Source: Mytilus californianus
Taxonomy: Eukaryota
DNA: 64,000 nucleotides
Assembly: GCF_021869535.1 (NCBI RefSeq)
Contig: NW_026262582.1
Location: 28,582,001 to 28,646,000 of the forward strand
Direction of reading: 5' to 3'
Shown here: in pieces, positions 14,160 through 27,780 of the stretch
Layout of the letters: each line of letters starts with the position of its first letter
Position numbering within the stretch: position 1 is the first letter of the stretch
Position numbers and translations under genes: made by a program
The notes under the pieces: model-generated
What the model was told of the DNA's origin: nothing
The model's input: only the letters and a program-made list of their open reading frames with translations
Databases searched by the model: none

Positions 14160-14520
14160 TTATACCACTGTCCCAGGTTAGGGGAGGGTTGGGATCCCGC
14201 TAACATGTTTAACCCCGCCACATTATGTTTGTATGTGCCTGTCCCAAGTCAGGAGCCTGTAAATCAGTGGTTGTCGTTTGTTTTTGTGCTACATATTTGT
14301 TTTTCGTTCATTTTTTTTTTATATATAAATAAGTCCGTTAGTTTTCTCGTTTGAATTGTTTTACATTGTCATTTCGGGGCCTTTTATAGCTGACTATGCG
14401 GTATGGACTTTGCTCATTGTTGAAGGCCGTACGGTGACCTATAGTTGTTAATTTCTGTGTCATTTTGGTCTCTTGTGGAGAGTTGTCTCATTGGCAATCA
14501 TACCACATCTGTTTTTTTAT
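14160..14520 (+). repeat. High-copy interspersed repeat (ttgaaggccgtacggtgacctatag...ggcaatcataccacatct family)
   Basis: Homologous copies at ~340-690, 6420-6565, 10610-10730 and 31460-31600 (+), and at 11760-11900, 34060-34170 and 45580-45900 (-). Confidence 0.85.
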
Positions 14521-16407
14521 ATCAGAGATAAACGTCGTAATGTAACTAAACATCAGTAAGTAAAATATATTGGGATGCTAAAATATAAAGAATAGAGAAA
14601 GAATAATGAGAAAAATAAATAAAATTTAGAGAAAAGTGACATAACAATTTAAAGAATACAGAAATAAACAACACCCCCAATCCGGACCCTCATGGTATAC
14701 ACGAGAATCTGGATGGAGACGCAGAATATAGAATAATAGATAAGGACAGTAGAGAGTGATGCATTGCTAAAAAAGAGAGAAAAATAACAATTGTTTAAGA
14801 ATACAGCCATGAAACACCCCTTTTTACTATTTAGACCCTCCAAGATGATTGTTAAAACAATTTTGGCATTTATTCCACATCTCCTTATTTTTAAATTAAT
14901 AGTATAGACAACGATATCTATATAGATGCTTTGCAATTTTTATACTGTATATCACTTTATGTTATTTGAGACTGGAGTCCGATAAACATTGACCTCCTGT
15001 CAACCGCTGAATCTGATAGCTCAGTTAATATTGTAAAGTGCAAACAAAACAAAATTTCAGGGGGAGGGAGTGGTTGAAACAGTAACGGATTGCGATGTAC
15101 TCAAATTGGTTACAAATGCTAGAATTTTACAAGCGCACAACTGCAGTTCTCCTCTGCACTTATGTAGAAAGGAACTAAACGGAATAAAATGAATTAAAAC
15201 TTAAGATAATCAAATGTAGCTGCATTCGCTTCTTTCCATTTACTTCTTTAGAATGTTTTGTAAACAACATATGATTAAGTAATAGAACAAAAGAACTAAT
15301 TGGATGATGCTGACGAATTAGGGTTTAACGTCCAGTGGCAAATATCATGTCCATATGAGGACGACAACACGTTATATGTACCCGGTGTTGTATAAGACAG
15401 ACACTTTCAGTCGGATTTTTTAACGTGCTTCTTTGAACAGACACAAAAATCAAGGCTGATTGAAAACGTTAATAATAAATTCATGCATATTCCAGCGGCC
15501 AATCCATATCACGCTATATTGCAGTGACACACCTTTCAATAAAATGCAAAGAAAATCAAAATAAAAATGCTCTTACTACAAGGACCCTGTTGCACCGTAT
15601 TGTCATTTTTTTTTACTCAAGTACATCTCATTCTTAACTTTTTTAATGGGAAATTATAAAGGTAGCAAAACTATTGTCGTGGCTAAATAACTCTTAACTG
15701 ACACAATTTTAATTGTCCAACCCATTAACAGACTTTATTCCCTTAATAGTCACTAAAACGTGGTATTACTCACGTTATATTACAATTATGAAATATTCAC
15801 TAATGTCAATTTAATTTTTAGAACCAAAGTACTATTTTGTGTCCTTTAAATGATATCTAATATTGTTTGTTTCGCCTTTTATTAAAACAATTGCTATGCG
15901 TATAAGCATAAATACCACATACTTGCGCGACGCCTTTTAGTTTTACTGAAGTTATCGCAGACTATGAAATGTTTTTACAGGTGGAAAATGTTCTATGATA
16001 GATATCATTTTGTCAGACACTTTTCTTTTTTTTATTTGGATCTTATAATATGCCAAAAATCTGTATATTTAACAGAGTTGAACATTTAAATTGTGCGTTT
16101 TACTCTTAACAGAAGTATAACCGACCCGATTAACAGACCAACCGCCCATAAGATTTTTTTCTGAGTCAGAAATTTTTTTCGCGAACATTTTTTTGTTTTT
16201 CGACGTTATCAATCAAATTATTTTTTTCAAAATTTAACACTATAAGATAATAGTATGGGGAAAATCTGGATTCAGAATATTTTGTTTTGTCGTCTGCTTG
16301 ACCACAATATTTTTTTTCTTCATCAAATTGGGGATTAGAATATATTTTTTAGGAAAAAAACTATGACCCCTCCCTTGAAGTTAAATGGTCGTTCCCTAAA
16401 TGTTACA

Positions 16408-16550
16408 TTTAAACCAATGACGATGATACATAAACCAATGACGGTGATACATAAACCAATGACGGTGATACATAAACCAATGACGGTGATACATTACATA
16501 AACCAATGACGATGATACATAAAACCAATGACGATGATACATAAACCAAT
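16408..16550. repeat. 21-bp minisatellite (acataaaccaatgacggtgat), about 6-7 copies
   Basis: Direct tandem array; explains the YHRHWFM periodicity in ORF 16396..16833. Confidence 0.92.
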
Positions 16551-16583
16551 TGGCCGTTTCAGAATCTAAAGGACTATGGATAA

Positions 16584-17250
16584 TTATACGCCCGTCAAAA
16601 TTTTGACGGGACGTATTATGGTATGCAAATGTCCGTCTGTCTGTCTGTTTGTCCGTCTGTCCGGCGTCCACATGTTGCACCGTAACTTGAGAACGACTTA
16701 TCCAAATTTCATGAAACTTAACATAGTTGTGTCTTATGATAGTCAAACGATCTGTATACTTTTTGGTGAAAATAAGATTAAAACTTTTTGATAACGGGAC
16801 TTTGTAACTAAAACAGGGGGGTGTTTTTTTCACATGTCGCGCCGTATCTCAAAAACGATTTATGATTATTGCTTAAAACTTTATACACACTTTCCAGATA
16901 TATTAATCTAAAGATCTGTATACTTTTTGGTGATGATTCAAAATTTTAATTTAGAGTTATTGAGTTTTTTATAAAAAAAAAAGGGGGGGGGTCACATGTC
17001 GCGCCGTATCTCAAAAACGATTTATGATTATTGCTTAAAACTTTACACACTTCTTAATTATATTAATCTAAAGATCTGTATACTTTTTGGTGATGATTCA
17101 AAATTCTATTTTAGAGTTATTGATTTTTTTATAAAAAAAAGGGGGGAGGGGGTCACATGTCGCGCCGTATCTCAAAAACGATTTATAATTATTGCATAAA
17201 ACCTCACACACAAGCTACGGGCGTAGTATGCGCTTGTGGTGCAGCTGTTT
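16584..17250 (+). mobile_element. Non-autonomous Helentron-like element (DINE-1/CvA type)
   Basis: Sub-TIR tacgcccgt...acgggcgta, 5' stem-loop cccgtcaaaattttgacggg, GTCY microsatellite, and ~162-bp core repeats at 16831, 16993 and 17154. Confidence 0.85.
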
Positions 17251-18149
17251 GTATTATTGTTCGTATCCCAAAATAGAAATGAATTTCAATTGTTTAGGAC
17301 GTTTATAACCAATCACGACTTTTTGGTGTTTACTTTTAAAAATATTACCCAGAATGCTTTTATATTCCGAACTGTTACATGTTATCCGTCAACTTTTGTC
17401 TGTTTGTCGATTTGACTTAACATGATAAACTGGAAGGGGTATTCAGGCGTTTCAACCAATTCACTTTTCAAAATAATATAGACAATAAGACATCTAAAGA
17501 TTCTAGCTAAGCAAAATATTGTACTATGTTATTAAAAGATTTGAAAAATTATTCTACGCATCGCGCAAATAAATTTTCTCTTTCTGCTTGATGTTCACAG
17601 GCATTGAAAATTTATGTCCCTCCTAAGAAAAGTAGCTCGTAGCATTGGATCTCTAATGGAAGGGTCGATTACAGAATTGGTCAATAAACTATTTTGGGAT
17701 AAGCTTATGAAATTTTGTTATAGTAAAAGAAAATATAAGTTCATGTTAAGGAAAATTGTTTAGGAAAAATTTTCGATTCCGAAAAATTTCGATATATTTT
17801 GTTTGTAGCAATCATAGAAGACATAAAATAGTATTATCCTGATTATGTCGTCATACTGATTTTCAACATCATTTGCAATTCGTTTTACAAATTACAACAC
17901 CCTAAAATAAATTACAAAAGGATAAGAGAAGTCAAAGCTTCGTTGCGTAATGGTAAAGAAGAGAAAATATGTATTACTATACGACATGTATTTTCAAAAT
18001 TTGTGAAAGTTGAAATACAAATTTTTGGCTTTCTATCAGCTGGCAAAAGAAACTTATTAAGTTCTTTGATCGTAGCATATAACACATTATTAGAAATAAG
18101 AACTGATAACAGTACACTTTTCATACTTGTATATAATTGTAAATTCAGA

Positions 18150-19152
18150 AATTATTGTGAATAAACTGTTATCACACAGATATGTCTCGCCCTTTTGTAA
18201 TTTTCATTATGCAAATGTTGAAATTAAAATAGCAATACTTTAACATGTTTCATAAGTTATGCAAATATTCAAAGCCAATGAACCATGACTGAGGTACATG
18301 GCTAAATAATCTCCATGTAAATGAGATGTGCCAAAGCTAATACAACAGCATAGCAAATACCATTGACTTATTATAAGTCGTTCCCTTTAAACAAACCTAA
18401 ACACTAACAAAAACTTGTAAACTATGTAAAAGTTTCAAAGTCAATGAACCATGAAGAGGGGGTGGGGCTATATAATCTTCATGGAAACGATACTTGCAAA
18501 TGCCAATACATTTGCATACCAAATACAGCAGTTCATCTTAAACTCATCTAATCACAAACTAATACATGTAAACTAGGCAAAAGTTTCTAAGTCGATAGAC
18601 CATGACTGAGGGGGCGGAGCCAAATATTCTCCATGGTAATGAGATGTGCTAATGCTTATACAACTGAATTCCAATTAACATTTGTCTACCCTAAATGGTT
18701 CCCCTTGAACTGACCTAATCACAAACTAATACATGTTAACTTAGCAAATTTTTCATAGTCAATAGACCATGACTAAGGGGGCGAAGCCAAATAATCTCCA
18801 TGAAAATGAGAAATGAGAATGCCAATGCTTATACAACTGCATACCAAATATCATTGACCTACCACAAGTGGTTCCCCATAAACTGACTTAATCACAAAAC
18901 TAATACATGTAAAACAAGCAAAAGTTTTAAAGTCAGTAGACCATGACTGAGGGGACAGGGCCAAATAATCTCCATGGAAATGAGATGTGCCAATGCTAAT
19001 TCAAATGCATACCAAATATGATTGACCTACCACTTGTGGTTCACCATAAACTAGACCTTATCACAAACTAATACATTGTTGACGACGCCGCCGCCGACGC
19101 CGGAAACAGCATACCTATGTCTCGCTTTTTGACTGTCAAGGCGAGACAAAAA
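18150..19152 (-). mobile_element. Non-autonomous Helentron-like element with five ~150-175-bp core repeats
   Basis: tgtctcgc/gcgagaca sub-TIRs and hairpin at 19118-19148, (CGC/CGT)n tract at about 19081-19100, and an ..accatgactgagg.. unit repeated five times. Confidence 0.82.
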
Positions 19153-21153
19153 TTGAGATAGGACAGATTTCGAAAAAATTAAAATCGCATTTAAAAATTT
19201 TAATTGCATGATTGATGGCAATTATTAATCGAACATTTATGTCCATTGGAAAATAAATCGCAATAAATATCTGAATTAACTGGTTTAAGCATTTATTTCA
19301 TAGCTATTTTGCTATTAGGAAGTGCAAATATTCATATTATCCCCAACATTGATGTTCATTGACCTTGCTGACCTTTTCGAAATCGTCGATTTTATTGAGT
19401 AGTTAATTTGGATTAGAGTTCAGGATAAGAATTATAAACGTTTATGTTGAAAAAACTGAATTTTAGTCCGCATAAAAAGAGTGCAGCAAAATTTAAAAGG
19501 TGTTTTTAGAAAAATGTACTTTTCAGAAACTTTTTGACAGAACGTGCTTTGTTTAATTCCAGATAGTGACATTCTGATTGAGTATTGATTCGTATTTTGG
19601 TGGTGCATGCCTAACAGAAGACGCGTACCTTGTCGACGTACTAAGTCTCGCTCGCTGTAATGGCTCGTCTGTAGCGATTCCGTCAGTTTTTGTTTGTGAC
19701 CTTGATTAGTCTCTTTTATATTGCATTAACGGGATTTGTACCACGGTAAACTGATGTCACATTAATTTTGTCCTAAATGTTTGAAACTGTCAATTATAGT
19801 TGAACCGTAATACTTTAACCTCAAGGAGAAACTGGTGTTACATGTACTATCCTTGTGTTTAAATGTTTTAAATTTTGCGGACTTACCATATTTTTGTATA
19901 CTATATATAAACCAGTAAATTTTTTGCGGATGCTTTATTTCACGCGAAGTCCTTTTTAGCCGACTTCACGGGGATTTATTTTCACGATTTTCTTATCTTT
20001 TATGTATTTATATAAAAAATTCTAGTTTGCAACGATTTATATTCACGTTATTTTTCTACTCACGAAAAAGTTGCTCGCGAAAATTAATTAGTTAATAGTA
20101 TTTGCCTCCTTGTATCATATTTGTTTTGTCGTTTATAAAATTTGATAGCCTACTCTTTTTTTATTGTTATTTTTAGTGTTAAAGTCATTTGCTCTCAAAA
20201 AGTTCTAGTGCATTATTTACACTTAACATTTCGAATAAATGACTATATAATTTTGTCTTAATCGGTATTTAAATTTTTTTTTATTTAAACATTACATAAC
20301 TTGTACTGTTATACATTTTTAAAAAAGGCACTCCATTCTATCGACACATATAGACGACTTTCAAATTCGTGTATTTTCGAGTAAATTTACTATGTCACAA
20401 TGCTTATATTTAATGACGTCATTTACGCCGATTTACCTCGATCCACCGGTCTAAATTATTCATAAAAATCAACTCGAGATGGTCTATGTTTTTGGATTGC
20501 ATATGAACATGCATTGATCAGACTGCTTTTGACATTTTTACACTGAATCCGTTGGAAATGTATTGATTGACATTTCAGTCTGGGATACCTGATTTATTCA
20601 TTAGTTGTAATTTGGACTTGAACCAGCTTTTTGTATCTGCAATTAAAGTTAGATACTTTGTGTCTTTTTTTTACCTGCCTCACCAGCGGTAAAAACAGGT
20701 TAAGTAACCGCCAAACTCCGTCCGTTCGTCCATACGAAAGACCTTTGGTTTGAAAACTTTCGCCTATATGAAAGGGAATGACGTTGTATTTTGTCTGCTG
20801 CTTGATAATGTTGAAGTACAGCGTCTACAGATACTTCCTGTTTTCCGAAATTTTACAACCCTGTTTGTACAAGAAACAATTCATCATTTTGTTCTTGGCT
20901 TCTATTGAAGGGAATGATTTTATATTTGGTCTGTGAAACCAATTTTGACATTTTCCGTGCAGTCATTTCCTATTTCAAACTTTTCTTGGCTTCTGTTGCA
21001 GGAAATATGAAATTTACGACATCCATTGTACAAGGAATATTTTCATCAATGTTTCCTGGATTCAATAATCTAGAAAATAATAAGTTATGCTTCAATATGC
21101 ATGTTTCCTCAATCAAACGACGCAGGTATTGGTCTTATTTGTTATTGTGTAGA

Positions 21154-21292
21154 GGGGCCTCGGTGGCCGACTGTATCACTAGACTATCAACACTGAGGTT
21201 GTGAGTTCGAATCCGGCTAGTGGCAGGTACGTTTCGACTACAATCTTAAATGACAAGGATTGTCAGTTTTCCTACCGAAGATCGGTGGTTCT
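21154..21292 (+). mobile_element. tRNA-derived SINE, same family, 3'-truncated (further copies on minus at ~5440-5710 and ~36395-36650)
   Basis: ggtggccga...gaggttgtgagttcgaatcc...ggattgtcagttttcctaccgaag. Confidence 0.82.
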
Positions 21293-22134
21293 ATTCACCA
21301 CTATGTTTGACCCTGTCACATATAAAACAAAATCAGTTTAAGATTTAGCTATAAAACCAGGTTTAATCCACAATTTTTTACATAAGGAAATGCCTGAAGC
21401 AAGCCAGAAATATGACAGTTGTTTCCATTTGTTTGATGTGTTTAAGCTTTAGATTTTGCCATTTGTTCGGGACTTTCCGTTTTAAATTTTCCTTTGAGTT
21501 CCGTAATTTTGTTATTTCATTTTTTACCCATACAGTCTAGGCCATATGTCAAACTTCCAATGAAGAAATACTACTTGAAACTAAAAGACACACCAACTGT
21601 TATTGACCCATCATGTATAGTTCATGCGGAACATACTTCTTCCCCAAATATTAACCTCACCACTGAAGCGTGAAAATAAGGTCGACAATATTCCATACAT
21701 TAAATGGAAATACATACCCATTGAATCAATATTGGTTGGCCAATTATGTATAGCTATTGAAAAAAACCAATACCTTATCTAGACAACACAACCTGGCGAC
21801 TACATCGTACAATTGATGTTAGGACCATATAACACCCCAGATGGACATACATTCGTCGAACCATTCCGGGTAGTATTTTTTGTCATGAAAAACAGACTTG
21901 ACATGACAGGTTTGAAATTGAGACCAACGCCATACAACATATCATATTCTCATTGCAACGAATCCCAAAACTGTTGACCTATCATGTATGATAACTGAGA
22001 AAGATTTCGTCCTAAAACGGAACCGGACCTCTGGGGCATGAAGATATTGTCAATGTCAGATGATAATGACTAGTTGAAAATGTCTCACCATTACCATCCT
22101 ACATTAGAATTTTGGCTACGTAAAGTGATATTTA

Positions 22135-23329
22135 TTATGTCACCCGATCGACAATGTCGGGTGACATATTGCTTTTCCTCCGTTTCTTTTTTTTATTAAG
22201 ATCTTTCCTTTCACTATAAGGAAAGACCTTACTGTATTCCTTCTGATTATTATTATTCTTTCCGCCAAACTTTAACGACATTTCCCAAAAAAAGTACGCG
22301 ACATGCTGAAATGATATTAGGTATCAAGTATCGGTTGACCAAAAGCTATCTTGTGGTTAGGGCACCATGCCGTAAGATATCCTTTATACAGGTTTTCTCC
22401 CCTAACACCGAAAACTTTGTTATCATTCAAAAACCGTAACCATAATAGGTAGAAAAAACCGAAGGGTCGAATTTGTTCAGGACTAGACCTTGGTACTTTG
22501 TTAAATTTGGATCGAAAAGATTCAACGACTCATTGGTAGGGTTATGCCCCTTTGAAAATTAACCGATGTCGGTTGGCCACTTAAACTCAGAAACGGTAAG
22601 TTGTAGCAACCTACGATCTTCACCAATGATCACCAATTTATGTGACCTTGAAAATGCCTCAAAGTCAAAGGTCAAGGTCAAAACCTAGATTTTGACCGTA
22701 GCTTGTTATCGGCATTACTCAATAACCGTAAAAGATGGTTGATAAAATGTAATAAAGAAAATGTGTGTCTTATAGAGATCTGCATTTGTTATGTTTGGTC
22801 CAAAATTATTGGACCAACCATTATGGACCAAGAGCACCAAAACTGTTTCCCGGGGTCCAAATGAAGATGTTTTTGCTCATATCTCAAACGAGGTTAGAAA
22901 TAGAAAGAAACTTTGAATTGCAAAAATGTTCAGCATAATATTATCTACATAGTCAGGTCAAGGTCAAGTGTCATAGTCCCTAGCAACGACATAAACCACC
23001 TCAGCAACCATATATTTTTGAACTTAGAAGGCTATGAATAATATAAATGTGACATTTTTAATATACTGGAAATGACATTTTTGTCCCTAGCGACGACATA
23101 TAAGTCCTTACCAATCACTCTTTTTTTTACTTTAAAGGCTATGAATAGTAGATACGGCATTTTTGATACTGGAAGTAATATTTTTTTCCTTAGCAATGAT
23201 TTTTGTCCTTAGCAACCACTTGTTATAAACATAAAAGTCCTTATCAATCATATATTTTTGAACTAAGAAGGCTATCAATAGTATAGATTTGTAAAATTAT
23301 TCTTTTTCCGCCAAACTTTAACGACATTC

Positions 23330-23360
<31 letters not shown>

Positions 23361-23420
23361 AGTTACATGTTGAAATGATATTAAGTAGCAAGTATCTCTT
23401 AGGAGTTATCTCCCCTTAAA
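22135..23420 (+). mobile_element. Helentron-like non-autonomous element; related truncated copies at ~53885-54470 and ~59645-60850
   Basis: 5' hairpin atgtcacccga...tcgggtgacat, (ATT)n tract, internal repeats (caaggtcaaggtca, ccttagcaac), and a partial second unit with a C22 run at 23329-23350. Confidence 0.7.
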
Positions 23421-24107
23421 TATTTGATAAAAGTGATGTGTTGCTAAATCTCATAGTCATCCAATACTGATAGCTCGTCTAAAGTAGGGACGTCCGATCA
23501 GGATTACAACTAGGTTAATGACTGACTTTCAACTCAGGGAAATCCGGGAATTCCAATTATGACGTAAATGAGGGTTCCGAATAAGTGTTCTATATTTAGC
23601 CATTCATTACATTCCTCCCTTTTTCATAGAAATGAGCACAAATCTAATGTTCTTCCGAAACACATGCTAATTATGAATTCAAGTCTGGGTAATGATTTCA
23701 TATAATAACTGTCAGTTATAAACTAATAAATACTTGTCCCAGTAGAAATGGTAAATAATCAGTCCAACAAATGGAACCGGATAACAGTAAATTCTGGTAT
23801 GTATTGTTTATAAACTACTTGGTATCTTTTGGTGTGGATAAACACAGTCAGAGTCATCATCATAAAGTTTTGTCTGAAATATTCTTTGAAGAAAAACAAT
23901 CTATGAGACGAGAAAGCTCCACAGACAATGTTCCATATGAATAAAATGATTAACTGAAATGTACAGTTAATCCAACATTAACGAATGTAAAGCTGAAATT
24001 ATCGTAAACATATATACATACACACAAAGTTAAAGTAACAGATTGATTGACTGGTGTTTGCTTAATGTCCTGTGGCAAACATCTATAGAAATATAGTTAC
24101 GTTTTAA

Positions 24108-24496
24108 GGATGTTTGCTACTCTGTTTTAAAATAACAAGCTTTTTGAAAGACTGTCATAAATTGATAGTATATAAATGAAGGAACTAAAAAAGCAGAAAA
24201 AAATGAAGGGTCCGTGTGCTTGTTTACGAGATATAAGCCATTGAAAATTTGGCGGGAAATGATTCTCTCTAGATTTTTCATACATTTAACATTGGCACCT
24301 TTTTTCTTTCAAAAACATTGAAAAAATAACAAGGATTTTATAAGATTTTCAAATATGGATTTTTAAACTATATGTAATAAAATTATGAAAAGAAAAGTAG
24401 GGGTTAGTGGACAAAATTTCTTAATGGAAAACATGGATAAAACCAGAGGATTCCGAATATCTGACAAAAAATCAAAAACAAGAGGAGCGAACATCC
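24108..24496. mobile_element. MITE with TTAA TSD (Kolobok- or piggyBac-like)
   Basis: ttaa|ggatgtttgct ... agcgaacatcc|ttaa. Confidence 0.75.
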
Positions 24497-24690
24497 TTAA
24501 AACGCAATAGATCTTAAATCCAAACAAATGACGTACAAGTATTCCGATGCTTAGATTTTGTACATGACATTATATTATAGTGCATTCAATATAAATAATA
24601 CAAAATATAAACTATGCACATATTTACAATAAAATTTTAAGACAACATTATAATATACAAACAGTCAGGTAGCAAATACGGACCTAATTT

Positions 24691-26760
24691 TTATGAAACG
24701 ATATCTTTATCAATGGTTGAAGAAACGCTATATTGTGTGTCGGTTATCAAACTTTCATTGTTGATGTCAGTGCTGTAACTGTTCGGACTTTTTACTAATT
24801 TCCCCATTGATATCCAATGTTTTCTATTATTCATTTGCTTTGTTTGAAGTCCCCTTTTAAACCTACTACTGGTTTTCTGTAGAGCTTGCACATCAAGTCG
24901 TTCTTTTCGTATAAGTGTTCTCGAAGTGGTTGGAATTATGTTACTTACGTGTGTATCTTTATTTTTTCTCAGTTTGATCAACTTCCGTCTTTCAAATTTT
25001 ATCTTCTGCACAACATACTTTTTCTTTGTCAGGGATGATTGAGTCTCTTTGTGTGGTTTCTTTTCAGTTTCTGTTTCCCATTTATCATTGATCAGGTTGT
25101 TATGCTTAATTGCTTTCCCCGTGTTTCCTATGTTATGTTCTTCTATATGTATGTCCATGTCATGTTCACATTTTGCATTGATTGTCGGTTGTCTTTTTTC
25201 CGTATGTGCGAACTGGTATCTAAATTTCTTTTCTTCATCATACTCCATTTGCAAATCATCCGTTGTTTGCGTTCCCTGATTTTTCGTCTTCTTTCTCTTA
25301 TGACGGACATCTTTCCGGGATAATTCATCGTCCGTTTGGATGAATTGTTCTGTCTTTAAAATCTGCTCTTTCAGGTGGTAATACATGGTTTCTATGAAAT
25401 AGTGTTTATTTCCTTGAAGAGCAATCTGTCGTTCTCTTTTATCAACATCGTCTCCTGTATATCTTCCATCAACCATTGGTGGTGTTATCCAATATCGATA
25501 TTTTCTACTCTTCAGTTCACAAGTCAGCCATTTATCTGAACGATAAACAGAAGTTGGAGCGAAGCAGTCAATGATGTCACTCAGCAATTCTAACTCATGA
25601 TGATTTAACCGATATAGACATGATGTTCTTTTTATTTCATTTTTCGAGTACGAATTTCTTTCTATTTCATTTTTAGTGTCCTTGTTTTCCCCTCGCTCAT
25701 GTTTGGTCTGAGTTTGTTTGACCTTGTCGTATTTTTGTAAACAAGCATCTGCACTGAGATTGTTGTCTTCCTCCAGTATCGGTATCCGTCTGTTTAATGA
25801 CATCTTTTTATCCAAGTTGTTATTTTCGTCGACAATTGACTGAATCATTAGATGGAGCTTTTTTCGGGTTATTAACCTTGGTGTTTCTGTCTGATTTGTG
25901 GCATTTTCTTTTCTTTCGTTTATCTTCAAAACACAATTACTTTTCTGTTTATTGGAAAATTGGGAAAGTGTAGGTATAATTTGCTCTTTTTCATCTGTTT
26001 CCGATAAAGAATCTTGTTCGTTCTTTGGACTTTCACTTGTTTACATAGTATAATCTTCTCCTTCACTCAAATTTTTAGATGGGGTATAATATTCTGGTTC
26101 ATCGTTATGTACTTTTCTAACTGTTTCTTCTGAATCAACAATTTCATCTGTTCCTTGGCTTCTTACAATTGGATCATGGTCTCCGGTCTTTTCAATCTTT
26201 AAATTGATATCATCTCTTTTGTTTTTCATTTTTGGTTCCCATAAACTTTGGAGCTTTAAATATTCATTTACTTTACCTAATATACAAAGATAACGTTTTG
26301 CTTCATAAACTGAACCTTCGGCGACTACTTTCTCTAATTCTTTCCCTTCCTGATCACAACAAGTATTAGTGAGGTATTTCATAACCAGATGGTCTTTTGC
26401 ATTTTCTGATTCATTTTGAAATGCCCCTTCTACCAACTCTTCAATCCTGTCTGTGAATTCGTCCAATAATTCATCTGGATATTGGAAGATGTTCTCCAGA
26501 TTTTCCAAAATGAGACATGGATAGCTTACTGAATCAAATCGGTCGTTAAAGAGTTTGCACAATTTTTCGTAGTCTGCTTGTACCGTGTATGACCTGTTCT
26601 TATAGAACTTCAATGCTTTTCCAAAAATTCTCGATATGAACGTTTATAATTTTTGCTCACTTTTCCATCCGTTCACAAAAGCTGCAGACTCAATACTTGC
26701 TTTCAGCAGGGACGATCCGAGCGGAGCTGTTCCGTCAAAATTACTCCAATTATTACTCAT
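24691..26760 (-). pseudogene. Ty3/Gypsy-like gag (capsid) ORF continuing in frame into an unknown 449-aa ORF; two in-frame TAA stops
   Basis: The frame from ATG 26760 has no frameshift for 690 codons, with TAA at 26644-26646 and 26041-26043. The N-terminal part reads AAFVNGWKSEQKL*...GKALKFY...DYEKLCKLFNDRF...QYPDELLDEFTDRIEELVEGAF, resembling retrotransposon gag and its major homology region (recognised from memory). Confidence 0.72.
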
Positions 26761-27254
26761 ATTTTGAGTGATTTACTTAATAAGATTAAAGTAAAAGCGA
26801 AACAAACGTTTAAAACACGCAAAAAACTTAGTCTTAGCGGACAAAATTTTTCCCTGCTAGCAACTTTGACATCAGAAGATCTGACGCACAAAACTGCAAC
26901 AGAAACTTTACTGACTACACCTTATTTCACGGTACGCAAACAGTATTAGAGTAAGTATATATACAAAACTATATAATCACAATAAATACAAGTGTATAGA
27001 CATACACTCACACACAAAATCAATAATTGACAATGCAATACAACTATATAAACACGACCTCAAATGACAAACAGTTATATACGAAGACAATTAGACATCA
27101 AATAGTAGTACAATTATACTATCAACACATTCCTTTATCGTAAGTAAGTGAACACTATTTAATGATCAACACAAACAAGACACAATTAAACAAATCAGAA
27201 AAAAAATCTGATACAACTATGACATTAGAAGATCTGACGCACACAGTTGTACCA

Positions 27255-27780
27255 GTATTTTCGAAAAATAGGTTTAGGGACTATGGCATTTATTATTTAC
27301 AATGAAGGTACAGATGATGAAAAAGCTAATTTTTTTGAACATGCTAACAGCAGCATGCACTACTAAAATTCACATACAAGAAATCACAAACTAAAATGCA
27401 GTTTTTAGATGTGTTGGTATTCAAAGGCCCAAGATTTAGAGAAACAGGCATCTTAGACCTCACGACATTCCGAAAAAAACAAAAATGAAAATTATCAGTA
27501 CTTAGAGAGGTCCTCATGCCATCCATCCTCTACTTTCAGAGGCATGATTAAAGGAGAAATGCTTCGCTTTAAGAGGTGTACGAACGATCCTGTAGATTTA
27601 CAAAAACAATACGCGTTAATTTCTGAACGCCTTATTAAAAGAGGATATAAAGAAAATGAAATTAAAACTGTTATGCAGGAAGTGACTGCAAAACAAAGAA
27701 ATGACACATTATTGGATAAACCCAAATCTGTATTACAGTCGTCTCCCTTAGTATTCTCCACAGTGTTTTCAGGAAAATGA
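27255..27780 (+). mobile_element. Penelope-like element (PLE) RT C-terminal fragment, decayed
   Basis: Across frameshifts: RFRDYG..FII..GT..E...FFEHAN..MHLLKFT...FLDVLVFKG...TFRK..N.YQYLERSSCHP...GMIKGEMLRFKR...RLIKRGY, the PLE palm/thumb signature. Confidence 0.85.

Noticed and set aside
25039-25328. Plus-strand hydrophobic ORFs
   Set aside because: Antisense shadows of the Lys/Glu-rich minus-strand ORF.
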